A stretch of DNA of 64,000 nucleotides from an uncultured delta proteobacterium (GCA_963809875.1 CAWELC010000008.1:131623-195622), one strand, 5' to 3'; positions 38,284 to 49,644 are shown, numbered from the stretch's first letter. Made by a program: numbers and translations. The notes: a model not told the origin generated them from the sequence alone.

Positions 38284-38882
38284 ATGACCCGGGAAGACCC
38301 GATAAAGAATCTCATCGATGCCCTCAGGCGCCTGCCCGGGGTCGGCGAAAAGACCGCGCAGCGATTTGCCTATTTCATCATCGGTATGACGGGCAGGGAC
38401 GCGAGGCTCATCGCACAGGCGATCGTCGAGGTCAAGGAGCGCATAAAGGTCTGTTCGGTATGCTATAACCTGACCGAGACAGACCCGTGCCCGATCTGCA
38501 CCGACCCGAGGAGGGATCGATCGATCATCTGTGTCCTCGAAGAGCCCCGGGACCTCATAGCGCTGGAGAAGAGCGGGTCGTTCAAAGGGGTCTACCATAT
38601 CCTCGGCGGCCTTGTTTCCCCGATAACCAATATCGGGGCCGATGAATTGAGGATCGAGGAGTTGAGGCAGGCGTGTCGTCGCCGAGGGGGTGCGGGAGGT
38701 CATTATCGCCACCAATCCGACCAAGGAGGGCGAGCTTGACCTCGCACGTCATACGTGAACGTCTTGCGGGTACGGACGTGAGGATTACGCGTATCGCCCA
38801 GGGGCTTCCGGCGGGAGGCGACATCGAGTATTTCGACTCCCAGACGCTGACGGCGGCCCTGACGAACCGCCGGGAGCTATAA
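38284..38882 (+). pseudogene. recR: Recombination protein RecR; two frameshifts as sequenced
   Basis: LPGVGEKTAQRFAYF and a C4 zinc finger (CSVCYNLTETDPCPIC) come first. At ~38670 it shifts +1 into RVVAEGVREVIIATNPTKEGE. At ~38736 it shifts +1 again into LTSHVIRERLAGTDVRITRIAQGLPAGGDIEYFD. Confidence 0.88.
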
Positions 38883-38925
38883 CGCATACATCGTAGTCGT
38901 ATCTTGTGGTTAAGGGCCTTTTCGC

Positions 38926-38953
38926 TTGACAAAAAACGTGGTTTTGGTATTAG
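38926..38953 (+). promoter_or_regulatory. Candidate sigma-70-type promoter of the POR operon
   Basis: TTGACA (38926-31), 16 nt, TATTAG (38948-53). The -10 element is weaker. Confidence 0.4.
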
Positions 38954-39033
38954 ATATCTTCTCTTTTTCGTGGTGAGTATGGCTAACCTGCAGCATCCTT
39001 TTATCTGCGGTGATGTCCGGGTGAGGAGGAGAC

Positions 39034-39582
39034 GTGATCGAGATTATCTTCCACGGGAGGGGCGGGCAGGGGGCCGTGACGTCGGCGGAGATGCTGGCCC
39101 TGGCCGCGATCGGAGAGGGTAAGTACGCCCAGGCATTCCCGAACTTCGGCCCCGAGCGGCGTGGCGCGCCGGTCGTGGCGTTTGCCCGAATAGACACCAA
39201 GCCGATCAGACTCAGGACAAAGATCTACACGCCTGACGTGGCGGTTGTGCTTGACCCGAGCCTCCTTGCCATCGTCAACCCCGCCAAGGGATTGAAGGAA
39301 GGGGGGATCCTCATCATCAACAGCCATAAGGGAATCGCGGAGCTGAGGAAGCAATACGGATTCACCGTCCGGCTGGCGGTGGTGGATGCGACCGCTATCG
39401 CCCGGGAGGTCCTGGGGCTTCCCATAACCAATACGACGATGCTCGGGGCGCTCCTGGCAATGACCAAAGTGGTTGAAGAACAGCACCTCATAGAGCCCCT
39501 CAAGAACCGGTTCGGCAAAATCGCCGAGAAGAATATCAATGCCATGAAACGGGCGATGTCCGAGACCAAGACGGAGGTATAA
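39034..39582 (+). CDS. porG: 2-oxoacid (pyruvate-type):ferredoxin oxidoreductase gamma subunit
   Basis: GRGGQGAVTSAEMLA..AFPNFGPERRGAPV signature. GTG start with a GAGGAGGA RBS. Confidence 0.9.
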   Translation: MIEIIFHGRGGQGAVTSAEMLALAAIGEGKYAQAFPNFGPERRGAPVVAFARIDTKPIRLRTKIYTPDVAVVLDPSLLAIVNPAKGLKEGGILIINSHKGIAELRKQYGFTVRLAVVDATAIAREVLGLPITNTTMLGALLAMTKVVEEQHLIEPLKNRFGKIAEKNINAMKRAMSETKTEV

Positions 39583-39585
39583 CCA

Positions 39586-41055
39586 GTGCCCAAGCCGATG
39601 GAAGAATATAGGGTCAAAGACCTCAATCCGGGAAACGTTGTAGACGAGCCGGGTAATGCCGTGGTCTACCATACCGGAGACTGGAAATCTCAGCGGCCCG
39701 TGTGGAACGAACAGAAGTGTATTAAGTGCGGTGTCTGCTGGAATTTCTGCCCGGACAACGCGATCGTACGAAAAGAGGGCGGCTATTTCACCGCCGATTA
39801 CGAATACTGCAAGGGGTGCGGCATCTGCGCCCATGAATGTGTCACGCAGTGCATCACGATGGTGGAGGAGGTAGTCCTAATGGGTGCTCGAATCGGCACG
39901 GAAGTCTCGTTGATGGTGTCCGAGGCGGTCAAGCTGGCCGACGTGGACGTCATCGCGGCCTATCCCATCACCCCCCAGACCCACATCGTGGAGCACCTCT
40001 CGGAATTGGTGGCGGACGGGCACGTCGATGCGGAGTACATCTGCGTGGAAAGCGAACACTCGGCCATGAGCGCGTGCGCCGGAAGCAGCGCCACGGGGGC
40101 CCGCACCTATACGGCGACGAGCTCCCAGGGGCTCCAGCTGATGAGCGAGATCCTCTATATTGTTTCCGCCATGCGTCTTCCCATCGTCATGACGGTGGTA
40201 AATCGAACGCTGTCGGCGCCGCTGTCCATCTGGAACGACCATAGCGACATCATGGCAAACCGGGACTGCGGCTGGATCATGATCTTTGCCGAGAGCGGCC
40301 AGGAGAGCTTCGACCAGACGCTTTGCGCCTTTCGGATCGCCGAGGACCGGCGCGTTTCACTGCCGGTCATGATTAACATGGATGGGTTTATCCTGAGCCA
40401 CGTCATTGAGCCGTATGAGGTCGCACCGGAAGAGCTCGTCAAGCAGTTCCTCCCGCCGTTTGAGCCGCTCTATACGCTGCACCCGGACCGACCGGTGACG
40501 ATGGGCGCCTTTGCGATGCCGGAGCTCTTCGCCGAGACCAAGATGGCCCACGAGATCGCGATCCGTGATTCCTATGCGATCATCAGGGAGGTGTGGGACC
40601 AGTGGGGAAAGCTCACGGGTCGGCGCTACGAGCCGGTCGAGGAATACCGGACGGAGGGCGCCGACACGGTCTTCGTCACCATGGGAAGCTACGGCGAGCT
40701 CGGTATGGAAGTGGTCGACAGGCTCAGGGCACAGGACAAGAAGGTGGGGCTGGTGAAGATCAGGCTCTTTCGGCCCTTCCCGTATGACGATATCGTGGCC
40801 TCACTGGTGAAGTTTAAGAATCTCCTCGTGGTGGACCGGGCCCTTTCGGTCGGCGGGGTGGGCGGACCACTCACCTCCGAAATCAAGACCGTGCTCTACC
40901 ACCTTGATAAGAGACCCAACATCTTTTCGTTCATTGCGGGCCTCTCCGGCAGGGACGTCCCTCCCGAGAAGTTCATCGAGATGTACGAAGAGGCCATGGA
41001 GGGGGTCAAGAAGAAACAGTGGAATGAATTCACGATGGTGGGGGTGCGGCAATGA
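39586..41055 (+). CDS. 2-oxoacid:ferredoxin oxidoreductase delta (2x[4Fe-4S]) + alpha subunits read as one ORF
   Basis: Residues 1-97 carry CIKCGVCWNFCP and CKGCGICAHECV (PorD). From the internal ATG at 39880, MGARIG..AAYPITPQT.. is PorA. GGAGGAGG precedes 39880 and an out-of-frame TAG lies at 39872-74, so the fusion may be a 1-nt artefact. Confidence 0.85.
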   Translation: MPKPMEEYRVKDLNPGNVVDEPGNAVVYHTGDWKSQRPVWNEQKCIKCGVCWNFCPDNAIVRKEGGYFTADYEYCKGCGICAHECVTQCITMVEEVVLMGARIGTEVSLMVSEAVKLADVDVIAAYPITPQTHIVEHLSELVADGHVDAEYICVESEHSAMSACAGSSATGARTYTATSSQGLQLMSEILYIVSAMRLPIVMTVVNRTLSAPLSIWNDHSDIMANRDCGWIMIFAESGQESFDQTLCAFRIAEDRRVSLPVMINMDGFILSHVIEPYEVAPEELVKQFLPPFEPLYTLHPDRPVTMGAFAMPELFAETKMAHEIAIRDSYAIIREVWDQWGKLTGRRYEPVEEYRTEGADTVFVTMGSYGELGMEVVDRLRAQDKKVGLVKIRLFRPFPYDDIVASLVKFKNLLVVDRALSVGGVGGPLTSEIKTVLYHLDKRPNIFSFIAGLSGRDVPPEKFIEMYEEAMEGVKKKQWNEFTMVGVRQ

Positions 41056-41985
41056 TCGACAAGTACACCGTCTATGTCCCCAATCTGACCAATCGCGCGG
41101 AAAACTTCACGTCGGGGCACCGGGCGTGCCAGGGATGCGCCGAGGCGCTGGCGGTCCGGCACGTCCTGAAGGCCTTCGGGCGTGACATCGTGATCTCCAA
41201 CGCCACCGGGTGCATGGAGATCGTTTCCTCCCCTCTGCCGCTGACCGCCTGGAACGTCCCCTGGATTCACGTGGCGTTCGAAAACGCCGCGGCGGTGGGC
41301 ATCCGGGGTGGCGGCGGGGCTCAAGGCGCTGACGCGAAAGGGCAAGATACCCGAAAAGCGCATCGTTTCGGTGGCGATGGGCGGCGACGGGGCCACATCG
41401 GATATCGGCTTCCAGGCCCTCTCCGGGGCGCTGGAGCGGATGCATAAGGACTTCGTCTATGTCTGCTTTGACAACGAAGCCTACATGAACACCGGAATTC
41501 AGCGCTCGAGCTCGACACCCTACGGAGCCTCCACGACAACGTCCCCGGCGGGCAAAGACTCCATCGGCCAGCAGACCTGGAAGAAGAACATGGCCGCCAT
41601 CGCGGTGGCCCATAATATCCCGTATGTCGCCACGGCCTGCTCGAGCTACCCGTTTGACCTGCAGGCCAAGGTGGTAAAGGCGGTCGAGTCGGGCGGCCCG
41701 GCCTATCTTCACGTCTTGTCGGTATGTCCCACGGGTTGGAGGATCCCATCCCATCTGGCCATCAAATACGGGAGACTTGCCGTTGAGACCGGAGCATTTC
41801 CCCTCTACGAGGTAGCGCAGGGGAAATACCGCATGACGACGGATATACCCAAGCTCCGGCCGATTCGTGACTACCTCTCGGGGCAGGGCAGATTCCGACA
41901 CCTGACGGATCGCGATATCGATTTCATCCAGAAACGGGTGACCGACGAGTACGAAAAATTGATTTCACTCACTACATTAAGCTAA
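41052..41985 (+). pseudogene. porB: 2-oxoacid:ferredoxin oxidoreductase beta (TPP-binding) subunit; frameshifted as sequenced
   Basis: GHRACQGCAEALAVRH..ATGCMEIV..FENAAAV, then (+1 frame after GGG 41297-99) ASGVAAGLKAL..GGDGATSDIGFQALSGA..CFDNEAYMNTGIQ. Confidence 0.9.
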
Positions 41986-41995
41986 CGGATAAGCC

Positions 41996-42454
41996 ATGGA
42001 TTACGATGTCTCACAGGTAGACGAGGTTATCGAAAACTACGGGAAGAAGCCCGCAAGCGTCATTGCCATGCTTCAGGATATCCAGACGCGGTTTCGCTAC
42101 GTACCCCGGGCCGCGGTTCGGCGGCTCTCCGAGGTGCTGGCTATTCCCGAGCCCCAGATCTATCACATCGCGACCTTCTACAAGGCCTTTTCTCTCACTC
42201 CGCGGGGAAAGCACGAGGTCCGGGTTTGCCTCGGGACCGCCTGCCATATTTCCGGCGGAAAGAGGATCGCCGAAGGCTTCGAGAGCTCCCTGAAGGTCCA
42301 GACGGGCCAGACGACACGGGACGGGAAATTCACCCTCGAAACGGTCAACTGTGTCGGGGCGTGCGGACTGGCGCCGGTCGTTATGGTGGATGAGGAGGTT
42401 CACGGCATGGTCAAGCCGTCAAAGATAGCCGAGATTCTCGGTCGCTATAAGTAA
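41996..42454 (+). CDS. NuoE/HoxE/HndA-like [2Fe-2S] subunit
   Basis: CLGTACHISGG...CVGACGLAPVVMV thioredoxin-like 2Fe-2S pattern. Starts 10 nt after porB. Confidence 0.88.
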   Translation: MDYDVSQVDEVIENYGKKPASVIAMLQDIQTRFRYVPRAAVRRLSEVLAIPEPQIYHIATFYKAFSLTPRGKHEVRVCLGTACHISGGKRIAEGFESSLKVQTGQTTRDGKFTLETVNCVGACGLAPVVMVDEEVHGMVKPSKIAEILGRYK

Positions 42455-42474
42455 CTCCTGTACGCGAGGAAGAA

Positions 42475-42837
42475 ATGTCTCCGATTACCGCAGATGAATT
42501 ACGGAAAATCAAAAACAAGATCCAGAACGAAAACGCCGTCAGGTACGGCGCCGGTCGTGCGAAAGTGACTGTTCATATGGGTACATGCGGTATAGTCTCA
42601 GGGGCCCGGGATGTGTTGGAATCGCTTTTGGTCGATATCGCCCAGCACAAGGCCTCGGATGTTATCGTAACGGTCGATGATTGTGTCGGCCTCTGCGATA
42701 AGGAGCCCCTGGTGACGATCCAAAAGCCGGGGCATGAGCCGATCAAGTATGAGAATATGAATCCGGACAAGATGCGCCATGTCTTCAAGAAGCATATTAT
42801 GGGCATCGAAACAGATGAGTCCGGTGTCCGGGAATAA
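42475..42837 (+). CDS. Small thioredoxin-like [2Fe-2S] ferredoxin (HndB-like)
   Basis: VHMGTCGIVSGA...DDCVGLCDKEP Cys pattern; ~120 aa. Confidence 0.8.
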   Translation: MSPITADELRKIKNKIQNENAVRYGAGRAKVTVHMGTCGIVSGARDVLESLLVDIAQHKASDVIVTVDDCVGLCDKEPLVTIQKPGHEPIKYENMNPDKMRHVFKKHIMGIETDESGVRE

Positions 42838-42914
42838 GACCGGGAGAGCATACAAGAAATCAGGAAGGAAAGACTGTCGCTGTGACGTCCTCACAGTGAA
42901 GAGGAAGGTTCTCT

Positions 42915-44708
42915 ATGAAGGCGGTTAGATCCCATTTATTGCTGTGCGGTGGAACGGGATGCCGTGCCTCCGGGAGTGAGACCATCAAGGATGTCCTGGA
43001 GGCCGAACTCGAGAAGAAGGGCCTGGCGGACGAGATGAAGGTCGTCGTTACCGGTTGTAACGGATTCTGCGCCCTCGGGCCCATCCTGGTCGTGCAGCCG
43101 GACGATGTGATTTATGTATCGATAAAGCCCAAGGATATCCCGGAGCTTGTTTCCGAGCACTTCGTCAAGGGAAGGGTCGTCAAACGGCTTCTCTACAAGC
43201 ATCCCGTGACGAAGGAAGAGATCCCCACCATGCAGCAGATCCCGTTCTTCGCCAAACAGGAGCTGAGGGTGCTGCGCAACCGGGGACTCATCGATCCCGA
43301 GAAGATCGACGAATATATCGGACGCGACGGATACAGCGCCCTGGCCAAGGCGCTCGCGGAGATGACCCCCGACCAGATCATCGATGAAGTCGAGAAGTCG
43401 GGACTCCGGGGGAGAGGGGGAGGGGGATTTCTCGCCGCCCGAAAATGGCGCACCACAAAGAAGGCGCCCGGTGCCGTCCGGTACGTTATCTGCAACGGCG
43501 ACGAGGGAGACCCCGGCGCCTTCATGGATCGCTCGGTTATGGAGGGCGACCCTCACAGCGTCATCGAGGGGATGATCATCGGGGCGTACGCGATCGGAGC
43601 GTCAAAGGGATATATCTACGTCCGCATGGAGTACCCGCTGGCGGTCAAAAACCTTACCAAGGCGCTTGCGGACGCGAGGGGATACGGCCTCTTGGGCGAT
43701 AACATCCTGGGATCGGGGTTCTCGTTCGATATCGAGATCAATCGGGGCGGCGGGGCGTTCATCTGCGGGGAGTCGTCGGCCCTCATGCAGTCGATCATGG
43801 GAAAGGCCGGGGAGCCGCGGGCCAAGTATATCCACACGTCCGAAAAGGGGCTCTGGGATATGCCCACCAACCTCAACAACGTCGAGACGTGGGCCAACGT
43901 GCCTCTGATCGTCAATCACGGTGCCGAATGGTTTTCTTCCATCGGGACAAAGGGGAGCACCGGCACGAAGGTATTCTCGCTCGTGGGGGGGGTGAACAAC
44001 GTGGGGCTCGTGGAAGTGCCCATGGGGATCACGCTTCGGGAGATCATCTTCGACATCGGCGGAGGAATCAAGGAAGGCAGGAAATTCAAGGCCGTTCAGA
44101 CCGGCGGACCCTCGGGGGGGTGTATCCCCGCGGAGCATCTTGACACACCGGTCGATTTTGACGAGCTGACCAGGCTCGGATCGATGATGGGCTCCGGCGG
44201 CATGATCGTCATGGACGAGGGCACCTGCATGGTGGACGTGGCCCGGTATTTCATCAACTTCCTCGTCGACGAGTCGTGCGGCAAATGCACGCCTTGTCGG
44301 GAGGGCCTCAGGCATTTCCTGGAGATACTCACGCGCATCACCAAGGGCAAGGGGCGAGAGGGCGACGTGGAGCTGCTGGAGGAGATCGGCGACGGGATGA
44401 TCTGGGGCTCTCTGTGCGCGCTGGGCGGCAGCGCCCCCAACCCGGTCCTGAGCACCATCAGGTATTTCAGGGACGAGTACGATGCGCACATTCGGGACAA
44501 AAGATGCCCGGCGTGCGTCTGTACGGATCTCCTCACCTTTACGATCGACCCGGAGACCTGCATCGCCTGTGGGAAGTGCAAGAGGGTATGTCCCGTCGAC
44601 TGCATCTCGGGGGCCAAGAAAGTTCCCCACGTCATCGATCAATCGATCTGCATCCATTGCCGGGCCTGCTACGAGGTCTGTCCGGTGGACGCGGTAAGCA
44701 TACGATAG
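42915..44708 (+). CDS. NuoF/HoxF/HndC-like NAD(P)H-binding FMN/Fe-S subunit
   Basis: N-terminal 2Fe-2S domain, [16 protein letters not shown] (FMN/NADH site), [12 protein letters not shown] (4Fe-4S) and two C-terminal CxxCxxCxxxCP ferredoxin motifs. Confidence 0.9.
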   Translation: MKAVRSHLLLCGGTGCRASGSETIKDVLEAELEKKGLADEMKVVVTGCNGFCALGPILVVQPDDVIYVSIKPKDIPELVSEHFVKGRVVKRLLYKHPVTKEEIPTMQQIPFFAKQELRVLRNRGLIDPEKIDEYIGRDGYSALAKALAEMTPDQIIDEVEKSGLRGRGGGGFLAARKWRTTKKAPGAVRYVICNGDEGDPGAFMDRSVMEGDPHSVIEGMIIGAYAIGASKGYIYVRMEYPLAVKNLTKALADARGYGLLGDNILGSGFSFDIEINRGGGAFICGESSALMQSIMGKAGEPRAKYIHTSEKGLWDMPTNLNNVETWANVPLIVNHGAEWFSSIGTKGSTGTKVFSLVGGVNNVGLVEVPMGITLREIIFDIGGGIKEGRKFKAVQTGGPSGGCIPAEHLDTPVDFDELTRLGSMMGSGGMIVMDEGTCMVDVARYFINFLVDESCGKCTPCREGLRHFLEILTRITKGKGREGDVELLEEIGDGMIWGSLCALGGSAPNPVLSTIRYFRDEYDAHIRDKRCPACVCTDLLTFTIDPETCIACGKCKRVCPVDCISGAKKVPHVIDQSICIHCRACYEVCPVDAVSIR

Positions 44709-44717
44709 AGGTTTTCT

Positions 44718-45438
44718 ATGGATGATATGGTTACCATGACACTCAACGGCGCCGAGGTGAAGGCCCAAAATGGGACGCCGATTCTCTCGGTCGCACGCCG
44801 GATGAACGTCTATATCCCCACGCTGTGCAACAATGAGGCGCTGGTCCCGTACGGCGTTTGCCGCATGTGTCTGGTGGAGATCGAAAAGGGGGGACGACAG
44901 CGGGTCGTCACGTCGTGCAATTACCCGGCCGAGGAAGGCTTGCTGGTCAAGACCGACACCGAGCGGGTGGTCAAGACCAGAAACGTCGTGATGGAGCTTC
45001 TGCTTGCCCGCGCGCCCGAAAACAAGACGATCGTCGATCTGGCTTCCCGCCTCGGTGTGAAGGGTGGGAGGCTGAGTCCCGGTCAACGACGACTGCATCC
45101 TCTGTGGCATGTGCGTGCGCACCTGCGAAGAAGTGGTGGGCGTGAGCGCCCTGGGGTTTGTCTCCCGGGGGACGACCCGGATGCCGACGACCCCGTTTGA
45201 CGAGCCGTCGGAAACCTGTATCGGATGCGGGTCGTGCGTCTATATCTGTCCCACCGGCTACATCAAGATGGAGGACAAAGGCGGAAAAAGATATATCTAT
45301 AACTGGAAGGTGGAGCTCGAGCTGATCAACTGCAAGAAGTGCGGGCTGCCTATCGCTCCGAAGCGGCAGCTCGATTACATCCGAAAGATCGCGGATCTGC
45401 CCGAGGATTTCTACGATCTCTGTTTCAGTTGTCGATAG
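44718..45438 (+). pseudogene. HoxU / NuoG-N-terminal-like Fe-S subunit (no catalytic domain); frameshifted as sequenced
   Basis: 2Fe-2S region (LCNNEAL..GVCRMCLVEI..SC) in ORF 44718... After ~45081-82 the +1 frame gives NDDCILCGMCVRTCEE...CIGCGSCVYICPTG...CKKCG (ORF 45109..45438). The repaired total is ~239 aa. No H-cluster or molybdopterin domain follows. Confidence 0.8.
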
Positions 45439-45450
45439 TCGAAAAAAATG

Positions 45451-45479
45451 TTGCTATTTGTTTTGCCCTTTGGTATAAC
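45451..45479 (+). promoter_or_regulatory. Candidate sigma-70-type promoter for mglBA
   Basis: TTGCTA (45451-56), 17 nt, TATAAC (45474-79). Confidence 0.45.
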
Positions 45480-45519
45480 TGACACCTATGGGAACGCGGG
45501 TTAATTTGGGAGACAGTAG

Positions 45520-46008
45520 ATGAGCTTTACGCAGCTTATCCTCTACGATGAAGAGTTTAAGAAGATCAACGATGTCCTCACAAAGCTCTACTCCGAAACA
45601 AACTCCAAGGTCATCTTCCTGGTCGATAGAAACGGTCAGCTGATCGCCAGTACCGGCGAAACCGAAAACCTCGACACCACGTCCCTGGCCTCGCTGACCG
45701 CCGGTAACATCGCCGCCACGGGCAGCATCGCCAAACTCCTCGGAGAAAAAGAATTCACCATTATCTTCCATGAGGGGTACCGGGACAATATCTACATCTC
45801 AATTGTTGGCCGTCGAGTCATCATGGTGGTTATTTTCGATGAACGCTCGTCGCTTGGACTGGTGAGGCTGAGGGCAAAGAAGGCCGGCGAGGACCTGAAC
45901 GTTATCTTCGATAATCTCCTCAAAAAGGTCGAGTCAAAGACCGCCGAGGGCGCTTCGCCGTTTGCAGAGATAACCGACGAAGATATAGACAGGCTCTTTA
46001 GCGAATAG
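45520..46008 (+). CDS. mglB: Roadblock/LC7 domain protein MglB (GAP of MglA)
   Basis: Roadblock-like core ([16 protein letters not shown]...[20 protein letters not shown]); immediately upstream of mglA. Confidence 0.85.
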   Translation: MSFTQLILYDEEFKKINDVLTKLYSETNSKVIFLVDRNGQLIASTGETENLDTTSLASLTAGNIAATGSIAKLLGEKEFTIIFHEGYRDNIYISIVGRRVIMVVIFDERSSLGLVRLRAKKAGEDLNVIFDNLLKKVESKTAEGASPFAEITDEDIDRLFSE

Positions 46009-46024
46009 AGGGGAGCGTCATTCG

Positions 46025-46618
46025 ATGTCTTTCATTAACTACCCTGCCAGAGAGATCAACTGTAAGATCGTATATTATGGACCGGGTCTCTGCGGCAAGA
46101 CCACAAACCTGCAGTGGATATATAAGAAGACCAACCCCGATGCCAAAGGGAAGATGATATCTCTCGCGACCGAGACCGAGAGGACCCTCTTCTTTGACTT
46201 TCTCCCCCTCTCCCTCGGGGAAATCAGGGGATTCAAAACCCGCTTTCACCTCTATACGGTGCCGGGGCAGGTCTTTTACGACGCCAGCCGTAAGCTGATC
46301 CTTAAGGGAGTGGACGGTGTTGTCTTCGTGGCCGACTCCCAGATCGAGCGTATGGAGGCAAACATCGAGAGTATCGAGAACCTGAAGGCCAATCTCATCG
46401 AGCAAGGCTACAGCCTCGAGGCGATGCCCTACGTCGTCCAATACAACAAACGTGACCTTCCCAACGCCGCCCCGGTGGCCGAGATGAAAAAACTCCTCAA
46501 TCCCAACGGGGTCCCCGATTTCGATTCCGTGGCTACCGAAGGCACCGGCGTCTTCGAGACGCTGAAGGCGGTGGCAAAGCTCGTCCTTATCGAACTGAAG
46601 AAGGGGGCGGGAGGCTGA
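46025..46618 (+). CDS. mglA: Ras-like small GTPase MglA
   Basis: [30 protein letters not shown]..., [14 protein letters not shown] and VVQYNKRDL are highly characteristic of MglA. Confidence 0.93.
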   Translation: MSFINYPAREINCKIVYYGPGLCGKTTNLQWIYKKTNPDAKGKMISLATETERTLFFDFLPLSLGEIRGFKTRFHLYTVPGQVFYDASRKLILKGVDGVVFVADSQIERMEANIESIENLKANLIEQGYSLEAMPYVVQYNKRDLPNAAPVAEMKKLLNPNGVPDFDSVATEGTGVFETLKAVAKLVLIELKKGAGG

Positions 46619-46720
46619 GGGCAGGACAATAGTCAGGGGTCGTGCGCCTGCAAGGTACGGGAGTCTCCGACGAGGGGACCCAAGCGTAGCGCAACAGATG
46701 CACGAGGTATCCCGCGTTAC

Positions 46721-46754
46721 GTGGTGACATTTTTAGATGCGCCACATTTTTTTT
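46721..46754 (+). terminator. Rho-independent terminator after mglA
   Basis: GTGGTG...CGCCAC stem (one G-U pair) followed by a T8 run. Confidence 0.55.
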
Positions 46755-46798
46755 CTTGATATTATTGCCTCGTTTGGTATCATAATAAACTTACATAT

Positions 46799-46874
46799 TC
46801 CTCGGTAGCTCAGTTGGTAGAGCGGATGGCTGTTAACCATCATGCCGCAGGTTCGAGTCCTGCCCGGGGAGCCA
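46799..46874 (+). tRNA. tRNA-Asn (anticodon GTT), CCA encoded
   Basis: Acceptor TCCTCGG/CCGGGGA, D-arm GCTCAGTTGGTAGAGC, anticodon loop CTGTTAA, T-arm GCAGGTTCGAGTCCTGC. Confidence 0.9.
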
Positions 46875-46885
46875 GCAATGATAAT

Positions 46886-46916
46886 GGGCCGCGATTTAAG
46901 TCGCGGCCTTTTTTTG
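46886..46916 (+). terminator. Rho-independent terminator after tRNA-Asn
   Basis: GGCCGCGA-TTTAAG-TCGCGGCC followed by T7. Confidence 0.7.
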
Positions 46917-47063
46917 TATCGATGATGCGACCGGGATTTAAAAAAATGCGGAAGCGCCTTTGTTCTTTAAGTATTATAATATGGTTATCAACAAGGCGGC
47001 AAATAGACGTAGGCAAAATCTGTGAAATAGTTCGGTCGTAAGCAATTATGGGTGAAGAAATAG

Positions 47064-48080
<1,017 letters not shown>

Positions 48081-48179
48081 GGGGCACATAGTATGTTCTC
48101 AAGTTATATTCCGTAGCCCACTGGGCAGGGCTACATGTACAAGGCAGACGCCGGTGACGAAAGGCGAGGGAGGAGCAGC

Positions 48180-48692
48180 ATGGGAGCTGGTATTCAGGGT
48201 TCGAGGTTGATCGACGGCAAAAAAATCCTGGTGGCTTATTTTTCCCACAGTGGCAACACTCGTGAAATTGCCGAACAAATTCACAAAAGCGTGGGCGGCG
48301 ATATTTTCGAAATCCAGGCGGTAAAGACGTATCCTGATGATTACGATGCGGTTGTGGAACAGGCAAAGCAGGAATTGAATTCCGGCTATAAGCCGGCATT
48401 GAAAACAAGAATTGAGGACATCACGTCGTATGATGTGGTTTTCATAGGCTTCCCTATTTGGTGGAGCACGTTTCCCGCTCCGGTCAAGACATTCTTATCG
48501 GAATACGAGTTTTCGGGAAAGACCATCGTACCGTTTTGCACGCACGAAGGAAGCGGTCTGGGACGAAGCGTTTCGGATATCTCAAGACTATGCCCGAAAT
48601 CGACCGTGCTGGATGGCATTGCTATCCGGGGAAGCGACGTGAGAACCGCGCACAACAAAGTATCCGAGTGGTTACGAAAAATTAAAATGTGA
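48180..48692 (+). CDS. Flavodoxin-like protein
   Basis: KILVAYFSHSGNTREIAEQI is an FMN phosphate-binding loop. GGGAGGAG RBS before the ATG at 48180. Visibly lower GC than the window average. Confidence 0.85.
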   Translation: MGAGIQGSRLIDGKKILVAYFSHSGNTREIAEQIHKSVGGDIFEIQAVKTYPDDYDAVVEQAKQELNSGYKPALKTRIEDITSYDVVFIGFPIWWSTFPAPVKTFLSEYEFSGKTIVPFCTHEGSGLGRSVSDISRLCPKSTVLDGIAIRGSDVRTAHNKVSEWLRKIKM

Positions 48693-48710
48693 AGGAAGGG
48701 GAGAGTTATC

Positions 48711-49043
48711 ATGGGTAAAGAACCAACACCTATCGAAAAGATGATCGGTGACTTCGCGCCTAAACTGGTCGAGCTCACCGACGGCGTGCTTTTTGGCGAC
48801 GTCTGGGAACGCAAAGAGCTGTCAAAGCGTGACCGTAGCCTGATAACGGTGGCTGCGCTGATTGCCTTGTATCGCCCGGAACAGTTGCGGTTTCACCTCG
48901 GCAAGGCCCTGGACAACGGGCTCAAGAAGGAAGAATTGATCGAGGTAATCACCCATCTGGCGTTTTATGCGGGTTGGCCAAGCTCAATGACCGCCATTAT
49001 GGCTGCAAAGGAGGTATTCTCCCAAAGAGAGTCTTCCAGCTGA
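48711..49043 (+). CDS. Carboxymuconolactone decarboxylase (AhpD-like) family protein
   Basis: LSKRDRSLITVAALIAL...EELIEVITHLAFYAGWP is the typical CMD core. Confidence 0.85.
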   Translation: MGKEPTPIEKMIGDFAPKLVELTDGVLFGDVWERKELSKRDRSLITVAALIALYRPEQLRFHLGKALDNGLKKEELIEVITHLAFYAGWPSSMTAIMAAKEVFSQRESSS

Positions 49044-49135
49044 CGGGTGGCCTGATGTGAAAGCCGTCGGTAATTCGACTGGCAGGAGCCGCCTTGCCTA
49101 TGCGGCTTAAACAGGCTGGACGACTCTTATTTCTA

Positions 49136-49163
49136 TTGCATCGACGGGCGACGGGTATATAAT
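49136..49163 (+). promoter_or_regulatory. Sigma-70-type promoter for the 49212 ORF
   Basis: TTGCAT (49136-41), 16 nt, TATAAT (49158-63). Confidence 0.5.
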
Positions 49164-49211
49164 ATCGCGGAATCCGTATCCAATTTCCGGTACTTTCCTG
49201 AAGGAGGGCCG

Positions 49212-49562
49212 ATGAAACACTCCTTTCTCCTCATTCTCGCTCTCGTGCTCGGGATCGTCTGCCTAATCGAGGGGCCGGCCGTCGCCGGACCCACGCAGGC
49301 GCTGCTGGTCGATGAAAGCGGCGATCTGATCGCGGGGTATTGCCCGGTAATCGTCGATAACGGCCTGGCGTATCCGGTCTGTAACGAAAAAGAGGGCGCA
49401 TGGTATGTCGTAAACATCGTCGGGGAAGCCCCGGACGGTACGGTCCTCTGCACGATAGGCGAGCGGATGGGTGAAATCCCCGAAGGCGTGTCGACGGGAG
49501 ACGGCGGGCCGGGAGAAGTCGTAAAGGATGATGAAGTCGCCCCGGTCGGGGAGGGCAAGTAG
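49212..49562 (+). CDS. Small secreted hypothetical protein
   Basis: Signal peptide MKHSFLLILALVLGIVCLIEGPAVA. Four Cys and an acidic C-terminus. GAAGGAGG RBS. No family recognised. Confidence 0.6.
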   Translation: MKHSFLLILALVLGIVCLIEGPAVAGPTQALLVDESGDLIAGYCPVIVDNGLAYPVCNEKEGAWYVVNIVGEAPDGTVLCTIGERMGEIPEGVSTGDGGPGEVVKDDEVAPVGEGK

Positions 49563-49644
49563 AAAGATACCGCAGCGACGGGCCAAGCGCCGAGCCGGCG
49601 GACGCAGTGAGGCTTCGGGAGTCGTCGTTAAGTTAAATAGGCGA

